Of a stretch of DNA of 64,000 nt, positions 13,501 through 25,910 are shown in pieces. The first letter of the stretch is position 1. Each line of letters opens with the position of its first letter. The position numbers and the translations under genes were made by a program. Location of the stretch: assembly GCA_032718475.1 (NCBI GenBank), contig JAUCBJ010007324.1:41957-105956 (forward strand), read 5' to 3'. The stretch is from Nemertoderma westbladi (taxonomy: Eukaryota; Animalia; Xenacoelomorpha). The notes beneath the pieces are model-generated. The model worked only from the letters and a program-made list of their open reading frames with translations, did no database searches and was not told the origin of the DNA.

Positions 13501-14209
13501 AACCACCCTCCGTGAACGCCGAGCTCTATGGTACTATACCACCTGTATCAACCACCCTCCGTGAACGCCGAGCTCTATGGTACTATACCACCTGTATCAA
13601 CCACCCTCCGTGAACGCCGAGCTCTATGGTACTATACCACCTGTATCAACCACCCTCCGTGAACGCCGAGCTCTATGGTACTATACCACCTGTATCAACC
13701 ACCCTCCGTGAACGCCGAGCTCTATGGTACTATACCACCTGTATCAACCACCCTCCGTGAACGCCGAGCTCTATGGTACTATACCACCTGTATCAACCAC
13801 CCTCCGTGAATGCCGAGCTCTATGGTACTATACCACCTGTATCAACCACCCTCCGTGAACGCCGAGCTCTATGGTACTATACCACCTGTATCAACCACCC
13901 TCCGTGAACGCCGAGCTCTATGTTACTATACCGCCTGTATCAACCACCCTCCGTAAACGCCGAGCTCTATGGTACTATACCACCTGTATCAACCACCCTC
14001 CGTGAACGCCGAGCTCTATGGTACTATACCACCTGTATCAACCACCCTCCGTGAACGCCGAGCTCTATGGTACTATACCACCTGTATCAACCACCCTCCG
14101 TGAACGCCGAGCTCTATGGTACTATACCACCTGTATCAACCACCCTCCGTGAACGCAGATCTCTATGGTACTATACCACCTGTATCAACCACCCTCCGTG
14201 AACGCCGAG
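10511..14209 (+). repeat. 49-bp satellite, ~75 copies, derived from RTE RT coding sequence
   Basis: Unit AACGCCGAGCTCTATGGTACTATACCACCTGTATCAACCACCCTCCGTG is 47/49 identical to the reverse complement of 4724-4772. Confidence 0.95.
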
Positions 14210-14399
14210 TCAACACACCAGTCGGGATTCCCTCGCCAACTCGGGGGACCCGTCGCAAGATATATAAATCGTATTAGCAATACTTAATTAAGAAGCAATT
14301 AATAGTCAATCAAATAATATAGACTATTTGTTGGAATTTGTAAAATATCACATTTTGTTAATTTACCACTCACCGAAAATAGGAAGTCCCACACCCGTG

Positions 14400-17300
14400 T
14401 TCTGAGTTTGGTCGGTTCACATATCGTGGATTCGAGTTTGGTTGATTCACATATCGTGGTTCAGAGTTTGGTTGGTTCACATATCGTGGTTCACAGTTTG
14501 GTTGGTTCACATATCGTGGGTCAGAGTTTGGTTGGTTCACATATCGTGGTTCAGAGTTTGGTTGGTTCACATATCGTGGTTCAGATTTTGGTTGGTTCAC
14601 ATATCGTGGTTCAGACAGAGTTTGGTTGGTTCACATATCGTGGTTCAGAGTTTGCTTGGTTCACATATCGTGGTTCAGAGTTTGGTTGGTTCACATATCG
14701 TGGTTCAGACAGAGTTTGGTTGTTTCTCATATCGTGGATTCGAGTTTGGTTGGTTCACATATCCTGGTTCAGAGTTTGGTTGGTTCACATATCGTGGGTC
14801 AGAGTTTGGTTGGTTCACATATCGTGGATCAGAGTTTGGTTGGTTCTCATATCGTGGATTCGAGTTTGGTTGGTTCACATATCGTGGTTCAGAGTTTGTT
14901 GGTTCACATATCGTGGGTCAGAGTTTGGTTGGTTCACATATCGTGGTTCAGAGTTTGGTTGGTTCACATATCGTGGATCAGAGTTTGGTTGGTTCTCATA
15001 TCGTGGTTCAGAGTTTGGTTGGTTCTCATATCGTGGTTCAGAGTTTGGTTGGTTCACATATCGTGGTTCAGAGTTTGGTTGGTTCACATATCGTGGTTCA
15101 GACAGAGTTTGGTTGTTTCTCATATCGTGGATTCGAGTTTGGTTTGTTCACATATCGTGGTTCAGAGTTTGGTTGGTTCACATATCGTGGGTCAGAGTTT
15201 GGTTGGTTCTCATATCGTGGTTCAGATTTTGGTTGGTTCACATATCGTGGGTCAGAGTTTGGTTGGTTCACATATCGTGGTTCAGAGTTTGGTTGGTTCT
15301 CATATCGTGGTTCAGAGTTTGGTTGGTTCACATATCGTGGGTCAGAGTTTGGTTGGTTCTTATATTGTGGTTCAGAGTTTGGTTGGTTCACATATCGTGG
15401 GTCAGAGTTTGGTTGGTTCACATATCGTGGTTCAGAGTTTGGTTGGTTCTCATATCGTGGGTCAGAGTTTGGTTGGTTCTTATATTGCGGTTCAGAGATT
15501 GGTTGGTTCTCATATCGTGGTTCAGAGTTTGGTTGGTTCACATATCGTGGTTCAGAGTTTGGTTGGTTCTTATATTGTGGTTCAGAGTTTGGTTGGTTCA
15601 CATATCGTGGGTCAGAGTTTGGTTGGTTCACATATCGTGGTTCAGAGTTTGGTTGGTTCTCATATCGTGGTTCAGAGTTTGGTTGGTTCACATATCGTGG
15701 GTCAGAGTTTGGTTGGTTCTTATATTGTGGTTCAGAGTTTGGTTGGTTCACATATCGTGGGTCAGAGTTTGGTTGGTTCACATATCGTGGTTCAGAGTTT
15801 GGTTGGTTCTCATATCGTGGATTCGAGTTTGGTAGGTTCACATATCGTGGATTCGAGTTTGGTTGGTTCACATATCGTGGTTCAGAGTTTGGTTGGTTCA
15901 CATATCGTGGTTCAGAGTTTGGTTGGTTCACATATCGTGGTTCAGAGTTTGGTTGGTTCACATATCGTGGTTCAGAGTTTGGTTGGTTCACATATCGTGG
16001 TTCAGAGTTTGGTTGGTTCACATATCGTGGTTCAGAGTTTGGTTGGTTCACATATCGTGGTTCAGAGTTTGGTTGGTTCTCATATCGTGGATTCGAGTTT
16101 GGTAGGTTCACATATCGTGGATTCGAGTTTGGTTGGTTCACATATCGTGGTTCAGAGTTTGGTTGGTTCACATATCGTGGTTCAGAGTTTGGTTGGTTCA
16201 CATATCGTGGATTCGAGTTTGGTTGTTTCTCATATCGTGGATTCGAGTTTGGTTGGCTCTCATATCGTGGTTCAGAGTTTGGTTGGTTCACATATTGTGG
16301 TTCAGAGTTTGGTTGGTTCACATATCGTGGTTCAGAGTTTGGTAGGTTCACATATCGTGGTTCAGAGTTTGGTTGGTTCACATATCGTGGATTCGAGTTT
16401 GGTTGTTTCTCATATCGTGGATTCGAGTTTGGTTGGCTCTCATATCGTGGTTCAGAGTTTGGTTGGTTCACATATCGTGGGTCAGAGTTTGGTTGGTTCA
16501 CATATCGTGGTTCAGAGTTTGGTTGGTTCACATATCGTGGATTCGAGTTTGGTTGTTTCTCATATCGTGGATTCGAGTTTGGTTGGCTCTCATATCGTAG
16601 TTCAGAGTTTGGTTGGTTCACATATCGTGGGTCAGAGTTTGGTTGGTTCACATATCGTGGTTCAGAGTTTGGTTGGTTCACATATCGTGGTTCAGATTTT
16701 GTTTGGTTCACATATCGTAGATTCGAGTTTGGTTGTTTCTCATATCGTGGATTCGAGTTTGGTTGGCTCTCATATCGTGGTTCAGAGTTTGGTTGGTTCA
16801 CATATCGTGGGTCAGAGTTTGGTTGGTTCACATATCGTGGTTCAGAGTTTGGTTGGTTCACATATCGTGGTTCAGAGTTTGGTTGGTTCAGATATCGTGG
16901 TTCAGAGTTTGGTCGGTTCACATATCGTGGTTCCGAGTTTGGTTGGTTCACATATCGTGGTTCAGAGTTTGGTTGGTTCACGTATTGTGGATTCGAGTTT
17001 GGTTGGTTCACATATCGTGGTTCAGAGTTTGGTTGGTTCTCATATCGTGGTTCAGAGTTTGGTTGGTTTACATATCCTGGTTTAGAGTTTGGTTGGTTCT
17101 CATATCGTGGTTCAGAGTTTGGTTGGTTTCACATATTGTGGATTCGAGTTTGGTGGGTTCACATATCTTGGTTCAGAGTTTGGTTGGTTCTCATATCGTG
17201 GGTCAGAGTTTGGTTGGTTCACATATCGTGGTTCAGAGTTAGGTTGGTTCACATATCCTGGTTCAGAGTTTGGTTGGCTCTCATATCGTGGATTCGAGTT

Positions 17301-19195
17301 TGGTTGGTTCACATATCGTGGATTCGAGTTTGGTTGGTTCTCATATCGTGGATTCGAGTTTGGTTTGTTCACATATCGTGGGTCAGAGTTTGGTTGGTTC
17401 TCATATCGTGGTTCAGAGTTTGGTTGGTTCACATATCGTGGTTCAGAGTTTGGTTGGTTCTCATATCGTGGGTCAGAGTTTGGTTGGTTCACATATCGTG
17501 GTTCAGATTTTGGTTGGTTCACATATCGTGGTTCAGAGTTTGGTTGGCTCTCATATCGTGGATTCGAGTTTGGTTGGTTCACATATCGTGGATTCGAGTT
17601 TGGTTGGTTCTCATATCGTGGATTCGAGTTTGGTTTGTTCACATATCGTGGGTCAGAGTTTGGTTGGTTCACATATCGTGGTTCAGAGTTTGGTTGGTTC
17701 ACATATCGTGGTTCAGAATTTAGTTGGTTCTCATATCGTGGATTCGAGTTTGGTTTGTTCACATATCGTGGGTCAGAGTTTGGTTGGTTCTCATATCGTG
17801 GTTCAGAGTTTGGTTGGTTCACATATCGTGGTTCAGAGTTTGGTTGGCTCTCATATCGTGGATTCGAGTTTGGTTGGTTCACATATCGTGGATTCGAGTT
17901 TGGTTGGTTCACATATCGTGGATCAGAGTTTGGTTGGTTCTCATATCGTGGATTCGAGTTTGGTTTGTTCACATATCGTGGGTCAGAGTTTGGTTGGTTC
18001 TCATATCGTGGTTCAGAGTTTGGTTGGTTCACATATCGTGGTTCAGAGTTTGGTTGGCTCTCATATCGTGGATTCGAGTTTGGTTGGTTCTCATATCGTG
18101 GGTCAGAGTTTGTTTGTTTCTCATATCGTGGATTCGAGTTTGGTTGGTTCTCATATCGTGGGTCAGAGTTTGGTTTGTTTCCATATAGTGGTTCAGAGTT
18201 TGGTTGGTTCACATATCGTGGTTCAGAGTTTGGTTGGTTCACATATCGTGGTTTAGAGTTTGGTTGGTTCACATATCCTGGTTCAGGGTTTGGTTGGTTC
18301 ACATATCGTGGTTCAGAGTTTGGTTGGTTCACATATCGTGGTTCAGAGTTTGGTTGGTTCACATATCGTGGTTCAGAGTTTGGTTGGTTCACATATCGTG
18401 GTTCAGAGTTTGGTTGGTTCACATATCGTGGATTCGAGTTTGGTTGGTTCACATATCGTGGGTCAGAGTTTGGTTGGTTCACATATCGTGGATTCGAGTT
18501 TGGTTGGTTCACATATCGTGGTTCAGAGTTTGGTTGGTTCACATATCGTGGTTCAGAGTTTGGTTGGTTCTCATATCGTGGTTCAGAGTTTGGTTGGTTC
18601 ACATATCGTGGTTCAGAGTTTGGTTGGTTCACATATCGTGGTTCAGAGTTTGGTTGGTTCACATATCACGGATTCGAGTTTGGTTGGTTCACATATCGTG
18701 GTTCAGAGTTTGGTTGGTTCACATATCGTGGTTCAGAGTTTGGTTGGTTCACATATCGTGGTTCAGAGTTTGGTTGGTTCACATATCGTGGTTCAGAGTT
18801 TGGTTGGTTCACATATCGTGGTTCAGAGTTAGGTTGGTTCACATATCGTGGTTCAGAGTTTGGTTGGTTCTCATATCGTGGATTCGAGTTTGGTTGGTTC
18901 ACATATCACGGATTCGAGTTTGGTTGGTTCACATATCGTGGTTCAGAGTTTGGTTGGTTCACATATCGTGGTTCAGAGTTTGGTTGGTTCACATATCGTG
19001 GTTCAGAGTTTGGTTGGTTCACATATCGTGGTTCAGAGTTTGGTTGGTTCACATATCGTGGTTCAGAGTTTGGTTGGTTCACATATCGTGGTTCAGAGTT
19101 TGGTTGGTTCACATATCGTGGTTCAGAGTTAGGTTGGTTCACATATCGTGGTTCAGAGTTTGGTTGGTTCACATATCTTGGTTCAGATTTTGGCT
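14400..19195. repeat. 30-bp minisatellite, ~160 copies
   Basis: Unit GAGTTTGGTTGGTTCACATATCGTGGTTCA with recurring variants (ATTC/TTCA/GTCA endings; TTCT/TTCA). Confidence 0.95.
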
Positions 19196-19497
19196 GATTC
19201 CCACATCGTTCACATATCCTATATAATTATCAGCTTATGAGGTTTTGCTGGAATATATTCGACTATATTTAGTAGATTTCGGTAGTTGAATTCGGAAATG
19301 ATTCTCGGTGTTTTACCTATTAGACCAATAATTTAATAATTTTAATTTAAAAATAAAGTTACAATGAAGTTTGTACAAATTAAAATAAAGTTACAATGAC
19401 AATGACGATGAGATGGACTGATCTGATTAGAAAATAAATTTGTAATATAAAATCAAATTAATAACCTTATAATATATTATATTTACATTCCACTATA

Positions 19498-22400
19498 CTA
19501 TTTCCTAACTGTCTTTATGTTTTTTCTAGTTAGTAATTTAACTAAGTGGCTCTGATTAGTTTTATTCAATAATTCACAGAATACAATAAAGTCATCATAA
19601 GGTCTCCTTTTAATGGCTTCTATTAGTTCGCTGTTCCTTTGTAAACCAGTCGGCTGATATTTGATCTGCTCAATAAGATTTTCAGTAAGAATATTTCTAC
19701 TTCTCAATAGCGGTAACAATTCTCTCAGCTCCATGTTATAAACCAGTTCAACTTTATTCCTCATAAGAATATTTTCAAATTCTACATCAACGTTTCCTTT
19801 TATCATATCTACTAAATGTTGTTGGTTTGTTTGTGTTAAACTATCCATAAATACTTTCATAATGAACTCTGATTTCCCTTTCAGAGATTCTATAATGGCT
19901 CGGCTCTTTAGTATTTTAGTTTCTCTTGTTTCTATAAACTGAATCTGATCATTGTTTAGTATAAAACTTTTTTCGATATATAGTAATAACTCAGTTGGTT
20001 CAAGTTTTTCTTCAAATTTTTTTGTTTCAACTTTTAAATATTCCTGATCCTTTGATTTAACTAAAAACCAAGTTTTATATTCCTGAGTTTCTATACTTGC
20101 ATTATTCTCACAGGTAATTATTGGTTTACTCAAACAATCTGATAGTAGAATAAAGTGGATACAGGATTCATTGTGGCATTTATATAGGCCATGCCTTTTA
20201 CATGTATATGAACAAGGACATGTTACTTTCAATTGAAAATCAACAATATTGTTTATTTTTCCAGCTGATATAAGTTCTCCCAAGCTGTCAACAATGTAAT
20301 CTTTTACTCTGTTTGCAAAATCAGAATCTGGAGGACTTATAATATTTTCGTTGCTATCAATATTATCTTTAGGTTTCATAAGAACTTTTCTTACAATTTG
20401 AACTTTTATTCTAGAAAAATGCCTTGGAGACACATATAGAATTATATCGTGATCAACATCACAGTATATAACTACAGACCGGTAGTAAAGAGTTGGTTCA
20501 GATTTAATATCTCCAATGAGATACGACCATTCTATAAGGCGTTTTACTAGTCGATAAAATAGACCCTCAGGTAAAAAACCATTAAATGCAATAAAAAATT
20601 CAATATCATTTGCTTTAATAGGGTAAATAGGCTGATTGGCATTCTGAAGTCTACAAGGTACATAATATGATTTATTCATTTTTGACTTTTTTAACAATGG
20701 TTCTGATTCGTCTCCATTACCTGGCACAGTTTCTCCTATTCTTTCACATATTAAATCAAAACGCTCTAGGATTTTTAACATAAAAGTTTTTTTGAGTCCC
20801 ATATTACCCCAGATATCGTCCAGTAGATCCCAGTGCAATATACCCTTGTCATCCAAATCCTCAAAATATTTCAAATTTTTCCAATTGATATGTTCTTTGA
20901 CTGTAATTATACTGGCAAACATTGAACTTAACCACTCTGGTTTCAATATAATTGTATCACGCAACGATTCTTCATCAAAATAGATAATTCTACCTCTATC
21001 ATGGTAAAATTCTAACATTGTCTTTAAACCGGGGTATTCAAATTCTACTTTTATTTCCTTTAACTTACATTCTAAATCTATAATATCAATATATACGTCA
21101 TCAATTTTAAGTAATTGAGTTACAAGTTTTTCAAATTTTAAATAATCCAAAGGAATTTCTTCCTTAAATTTGTCCATTTCTTTAACAATTTCTAGCTGTA
21201 AGTTTTGAAGTTCTTCATCTGAATCTGATCTTGCCTCTTTGCTATTTTCCACAGCAAATGCTTCTTTAACTAAAATATTGCAATGCAATGTGGACTTTAA
21301 TAGTCGGAAAATTTCTTTAAACTTTTTACGAGCTAAAATGTTCTGAGTTTCTGGATCTTCATGCAAACTGGCTTTCTTTGTTCCAACTAAGAATACTGGA
21401 GGACCAGAAATGTTTGCGCCACTTTCTGAATTATTTTTACCAAATGTAAATATATTGCGCAACCAAAAATCAATAAATTCTATATTAGTCATCTCGCTAT
21501 ATATCTTATTTATATTCTCTTCATCGGCTCTGAATATAATGTTGGCTGTTTTATCACCATCTTGGGTAAGATCAAAAACAACTATATAAATAGCCCGTCT
21601 ACTTAGAAACATCTGATGGGTTGTGTAATAAATACATTGGCCACCAAAATCGACTATCTGTAGAGAAAAGCGACTGTCTTCCTCATTAAATTTAGCCAGA
21701 ATATCTTGAGGTTTACCAGATAACAATATATCCTCTATACCTTTTGTGACTTCTGAAGGGATATCATATTTATTGCCCTCAAATTTTGATTCATGTGGCG
21801 TTACGACTTTTCCGCTATCAGATATTTTTCCTCTTTCGCTATCTACTGAAATATCTTCTCTAATTTCCTTGCTGCTTTCTATTTTAACAGGCTTATCATA
21901 AGAACTGGTTCTATTATTCATGTCTCTATCGCTATTTTCACCAGATATTACTGATAAAGTTGACTGGGCGCCATCAGTGTATATTTTTTCACTGTCCACA
22001 TTAGAAGCATCTTCTTGAACTTTGAATTCTAGAACACTTTTTGCAACTTTCTTTGCAACAGCATTGTCTGGATCAGCATCTAATATATCAACATTCTTTA
22101 AGTTAGTCCAGTCTGTGTGTTTATCAGTATCTATAACACAATTAGCCACTGAATTAATACCATCTGTTATTGGTTCATTAATATCAAATGGTTGACCAAT
22201 AAGGGCCTTCTTCAAACTAGTTTTACCAGCCCTCTCTTGTCCCACTAACATTAACCGGGTTTTCAGTATCCATGTAGTCCCTTTAGAAAGAGCTGCTTTA
22301 TAAGCAGCCAATGCTTCTGGGCCTCTCGCCAGTATCTCTATCGGCAGTTTTTGTTCTTTTATATAATTAATTAAAAATTTTGGAAGTTTCAGTGTATTTG

Positions 22401-22766
22401 ATCTACTTATATTCATAATCATAAGTCCCATGTCTCTGAATTTATTAACAATTTCTATTGTTGAAATTTCATTTAAACCCCAAATACTAACCAGATTCTG
22501 AGTTGTTAACTCAGAAATATCTGCATCCAGTCTAAAGTAAAGTTCTTTCTCTTTATCAGAAAGAACATCAACAGTAGACTTAATTATATTATTTATCTTA
22601 CCCTGAAGTGGTTTATTTATGGGACCAACCCATCCGATATACTCAACAATTTCCTTTAATTCTTCAGTTTTCTCCAATATACTTTCCACCTGTTTGATAC
22701 TTTTCTTTGTTTCAGTTTGACCTTCACGGAACGTATCAATTACTGTAATTGTGTCGCCATTATCTC
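19498..22766 (-). CDS. Last coding exon of a ROCO-family gene: end of WD40 blade, winged-helix-like segment, Roc GTPase, COR, Cys/His cluster, two CARD domains
   Basis: Acceptor tactttatacAG|GA at 22767/22766. Roc lead-in PIEILARGPEALAAYKAAL; P-loop GQERAGKTS (22242-22216); G3 DFGGQ (21651-21637); YYTTHQMFLSRRAIYIVVFD; PPVFLVGT; COR ML.FYHDRGRIIYF...IILKPEWL and PEGLFYRL. Two C-terminal CARD-like repeats (~20045-19800 and ~19775-19530, e.g. LMRNKVELVYNMELRELLPLLRSRNILT...RNSELIEAIKRR...FCELLNKTNQSHLVKLL). Confidence 0.88.
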
Positions 22767-22809
22767 CTGTATAAAGTATAATTATTGTTAAGCTGTCTTT
22801 CCATCCACT

Positions 22810-23180
22810 GAGTTGACATCCAATATTACGATGAAAAATTCTGGGTTGGAGCAAGTTAAATTTTATTAATCAAGTTACAAATATAATTATAAATATAATT
22901 CGTTAGGCTCTCCAGTATGCACCTACGGTCCCTATACGTTTCCCTGCCTATGTCTTCTGTTTTTTGGTTACAACATTTATTCTGTTTTTAGTGCAATTTT
23001 CAACAGATCAAGTCATACATTACGTTAGTCAATTCTGCAATTTATATTAGAATTTGTACTTTATTGATAATGATAGCGCTGACCTACCGAAATATATATG
23101 TAATAATATTTGACATTTGATTAATAATATTTAACTTGCTCCAACCCAGATTTTTTCATCGAATATAACTGACATCTCAA
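22810..23180. mobile_element. MITE-like element with ~80-bp imperfect terminal inverted repeats
   Basis: CGATGAAAAATTCTGGGTTGGAGCAAGTTAAAT (~22830-22862) is inverted at ~23129-23161 (ATTTAACTTGCTCCAACCCAGATTTTTTCATCG). Confidence 0.65.
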
Positions 23181-23228
23181 ACTTTCTTATAGTTAATCCA
23201 AAATTACGTATTATAGCAAGGATAAACG

Positions 23229-23320
23229 GACAATAGGCGGGACAATAGGCGGGGCAATAGGCGGGACAATAGGCGGGACAATAGGCGGGACAATATGTGG
23301 GGCAATAGGCGGGACAATAG
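23229..23320. repeat. 12-bp tandem repeat (GGGACAATAGGC), ~7 copies
   Basis: Visible periodicity; gives the PPIV repeat in ORF 23211-23396. Confidence 0.85.
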
Positions 23321-23397
23321 GATGGTTAAAATTATAAAAATATGTTTTTTGCAATATTTTTGAGCCGAAGTATGAAGCTGAAATACAATATCTCACT

Positions 23398-24805
23398 GAT
23401 ACTGTATACTGTTAATATAAACAACTACCCGCGATACTGTATACTGTTAATATAAACAACTACCCACGATACTGTATACTGTTAATATAAACAACTACCC
23501 GCGATACTGTATACTGTTAATATAAACAACTACCCGCGATACAGTATACTGTTAATATAAACAACTACCCGCGATACTGTATACTGTTACTATAAACAAC
23601 TACCCGCGATACTGTATACTGTTAATATAAACAACTACCCGCGATACTGTATACTGTTAATATAAACAACTACCCGCGATACTGTGTACTGTTAATATAA
23701 ACAACTACCCGCGATACTGTATACTGTTAATATAAACAACTACCCGCGATACTGTATACTGTTAATATAAACAACTACCCGCGATACTGTATACTGTTAA
23801 TATAAACAACTACCCGCAATACTGTTAATATAAACAACTACCCGCGATACTGTATACTGTTAATATAAACAACTACCCGCGATACTGTATACTGTTAATA
23901 TAAACAACTACCCGCGATACTGTTAATATAAACAACTACCCGCGATACTGTATACTGTTAATATAAACAACTACCCGCGATACTGTATACTGTTAATATA
24001 AACAACTACCCGCGATACTGTATACTGTTAATATAAACAACTACCCGCGATACTGTATACTGTTAATATAAACAACTACCCGCGATACTGTATACTGTTA
24101 ATATAAACAACTACCCGCGATACTGTATACTGTTAATATAAACAACTACCCGCGATACTGTATACTGTTAATATAAACAACTACCCGCAATACTGTTAAT
24201 ATAAACAACTACCCGCGATACTGTATACTGTTAATATAAACAACTACCCGCGATACTGTATACTGTTAATATAAACAACTACCCGCGATACTGTTAATAT
24301 AAACAACTACCCGCGATACTGTATACTGTTAATATAAACAACTACCCGCGATACTGTATACTGTTAATATAAACAACTACCCGCGATACTGTATACTGTT
24401 AATATAAACAACTACCCGCGATACTGTATACTGTTAATATAAACAACTACCCGCGATACTGTATACTGTTAATATAAACAACTACCCGCGATACTGTATA
24501 CTGTTAATATAAACAACTACCCGCGATACTGTATACTGTTAATATAAACAACTACCCGCGATACTGTATACTGTTAATATAAACAACTACCCGCGATACT
24601 GTATACTGTTAATATAAACAACTACCCGCGATACTGTATACTGTTAATATAAACAACTACCTGCGATACTGTATACTGTTAATATAAACAACTACCCATG
24701 ATACTGTATACTGTTAATATAAACAACTACCAGCGATACTGTATACTGTTAATATAAACAACTACCCGCGATACTGTATACTGTTAATATAAACAACTAC
24801 CCGCG
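23398..24805. repeat. 35-bp tandem repeat, ~40 copies
   Basis: Unit GATACTGTATACTGTTAATATAAACAACTACCCGC; some units lack one ATACTGT heptamer. Confidence 0.95.
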
Positions 24806-25052
24806 AGATGTGGTCGAGAATAGTCTCCAACACTCCGCCAGCTCCAACAGTAGCACCCAAACCTACTGACGATACTGACTGTGTTATACGATTTGTACCA
24901 ACTGTCTCCAAAGCTATAAAAACAATCCTTGATCAGATTGGATTGCACACATTTAATTTCGAACGTAGGTAGACTCGGTCAAATATATTGGACCAGACGA
25001 ACTACCAATTTAAACTTAGTGCTGGTGTAAATAGTGCTGGTGAACAAGGCTG

Positions 25053-25910
25053 CGATAAGTCCCTCTTGAAATGACTCCCCAGTCGTCTCAGCCTATGCTG
25101 AGAACACTCGCCACTCCCAGTTATCGTTGTCTAGACTTAGAACACTCCCCTGAGGCCGAGATGACTCCCCTTAGGCTTAGATGACTCCCCTTAGGCTGAT
25201 ATCTGAGATGACTCCCTTTAGGCTGAGATTACTCCACTTAGGCTGATATGACTCCCCTTAGGCCGAGATGACTCCCCTTAGGCCGAGATGACTCCCCTTA
25301 GTCTGAGATGACTCCCCTTAGGCCGAGATGACTCCCTTTAGGCTGAGTTGACTCCCTTTAGGCTGAGATGGCTCCCCTTAGGCTGATATGACTCCCTTTA
25401 GGCCGAGATGACTCCCCTTAGGCTGAGATAACTCCCCTTAGGCTGATATCTGAGATGACTCCCTTTAGGCTGAGATGACTCCCTTTAGGCCGAGATGACT
25501 CCCCTTAGGCTGAGATAACTCCCCTTAGGCTGATATCTGAGATGACTCCCTTTAGGCTGAGATGACTCCCTTTAGGCCGAGATGACTCCCCTTAGGCCGA
25601 GATGACTCCCCTTAGGCTTAGATAACTCCCCTTAGGCCGAGATGACTCCTCTTAGTCTCCTAGATAGACTCCTCTACTCTAATTGAGTTATAATTCATAT
25701 CTGTACCTGTGCTATTTTCGTATATTGCAAAAATTAAACTGTTACCTATGTTAATGAGTTATTGTTTATTGTTTTGGTTAGAAAAGCCCGCCACTGTAAC
25801 CTGCTCCTTTCCTTAAATTAAGAAATCTAGGAAGAAAACTGGGGGTGTTCTCAGCCTAGGCTGAAAAGACTGGGGAGTCATATTTGGTGGGGAGTTATCT
25901 CAGCCTGTTA
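25053..25910. mobile_element. Non-autonomous TIR element containing an internal 20-bp tandem array
   Basis: 25053-25138 is the diverged reverse complement of 25823-25909 (ATGACTCCCCAGTC..TCAGCCTA.GCTGAGAACAC). Internal array (GAGATGACTCCCCTTAGGCT)n at ~25150-25657. Confidence 0.7.

Noticed and set aside
10511-14209. CRISPR-like array (also considered for 23398-24805, 48030-50352 and 59674-63941)
   Set aside because: Units are head-to-tail with no unique spacers, there are no cas genes, and the context is eukaryotic.
14408-19226. Very long plus-strand ORFs (GSEFGWFTYR, VWLVHISWFR and SLVGSHIVVQ repeats)
   Set aside because: A 30-bp unit with no stop codon opens all three frames, and the frames swap at indels. 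This is not evidence of coding.
22767-22854. N-terminal 29 aa of the 1118-aa ORF (MLQPRIFHRN...) as the true start
   Set aside because: It starts at a non-ATG codon inside a MITE inverted repeat and lies upstream of a good splice acceptor, so it is intronic.
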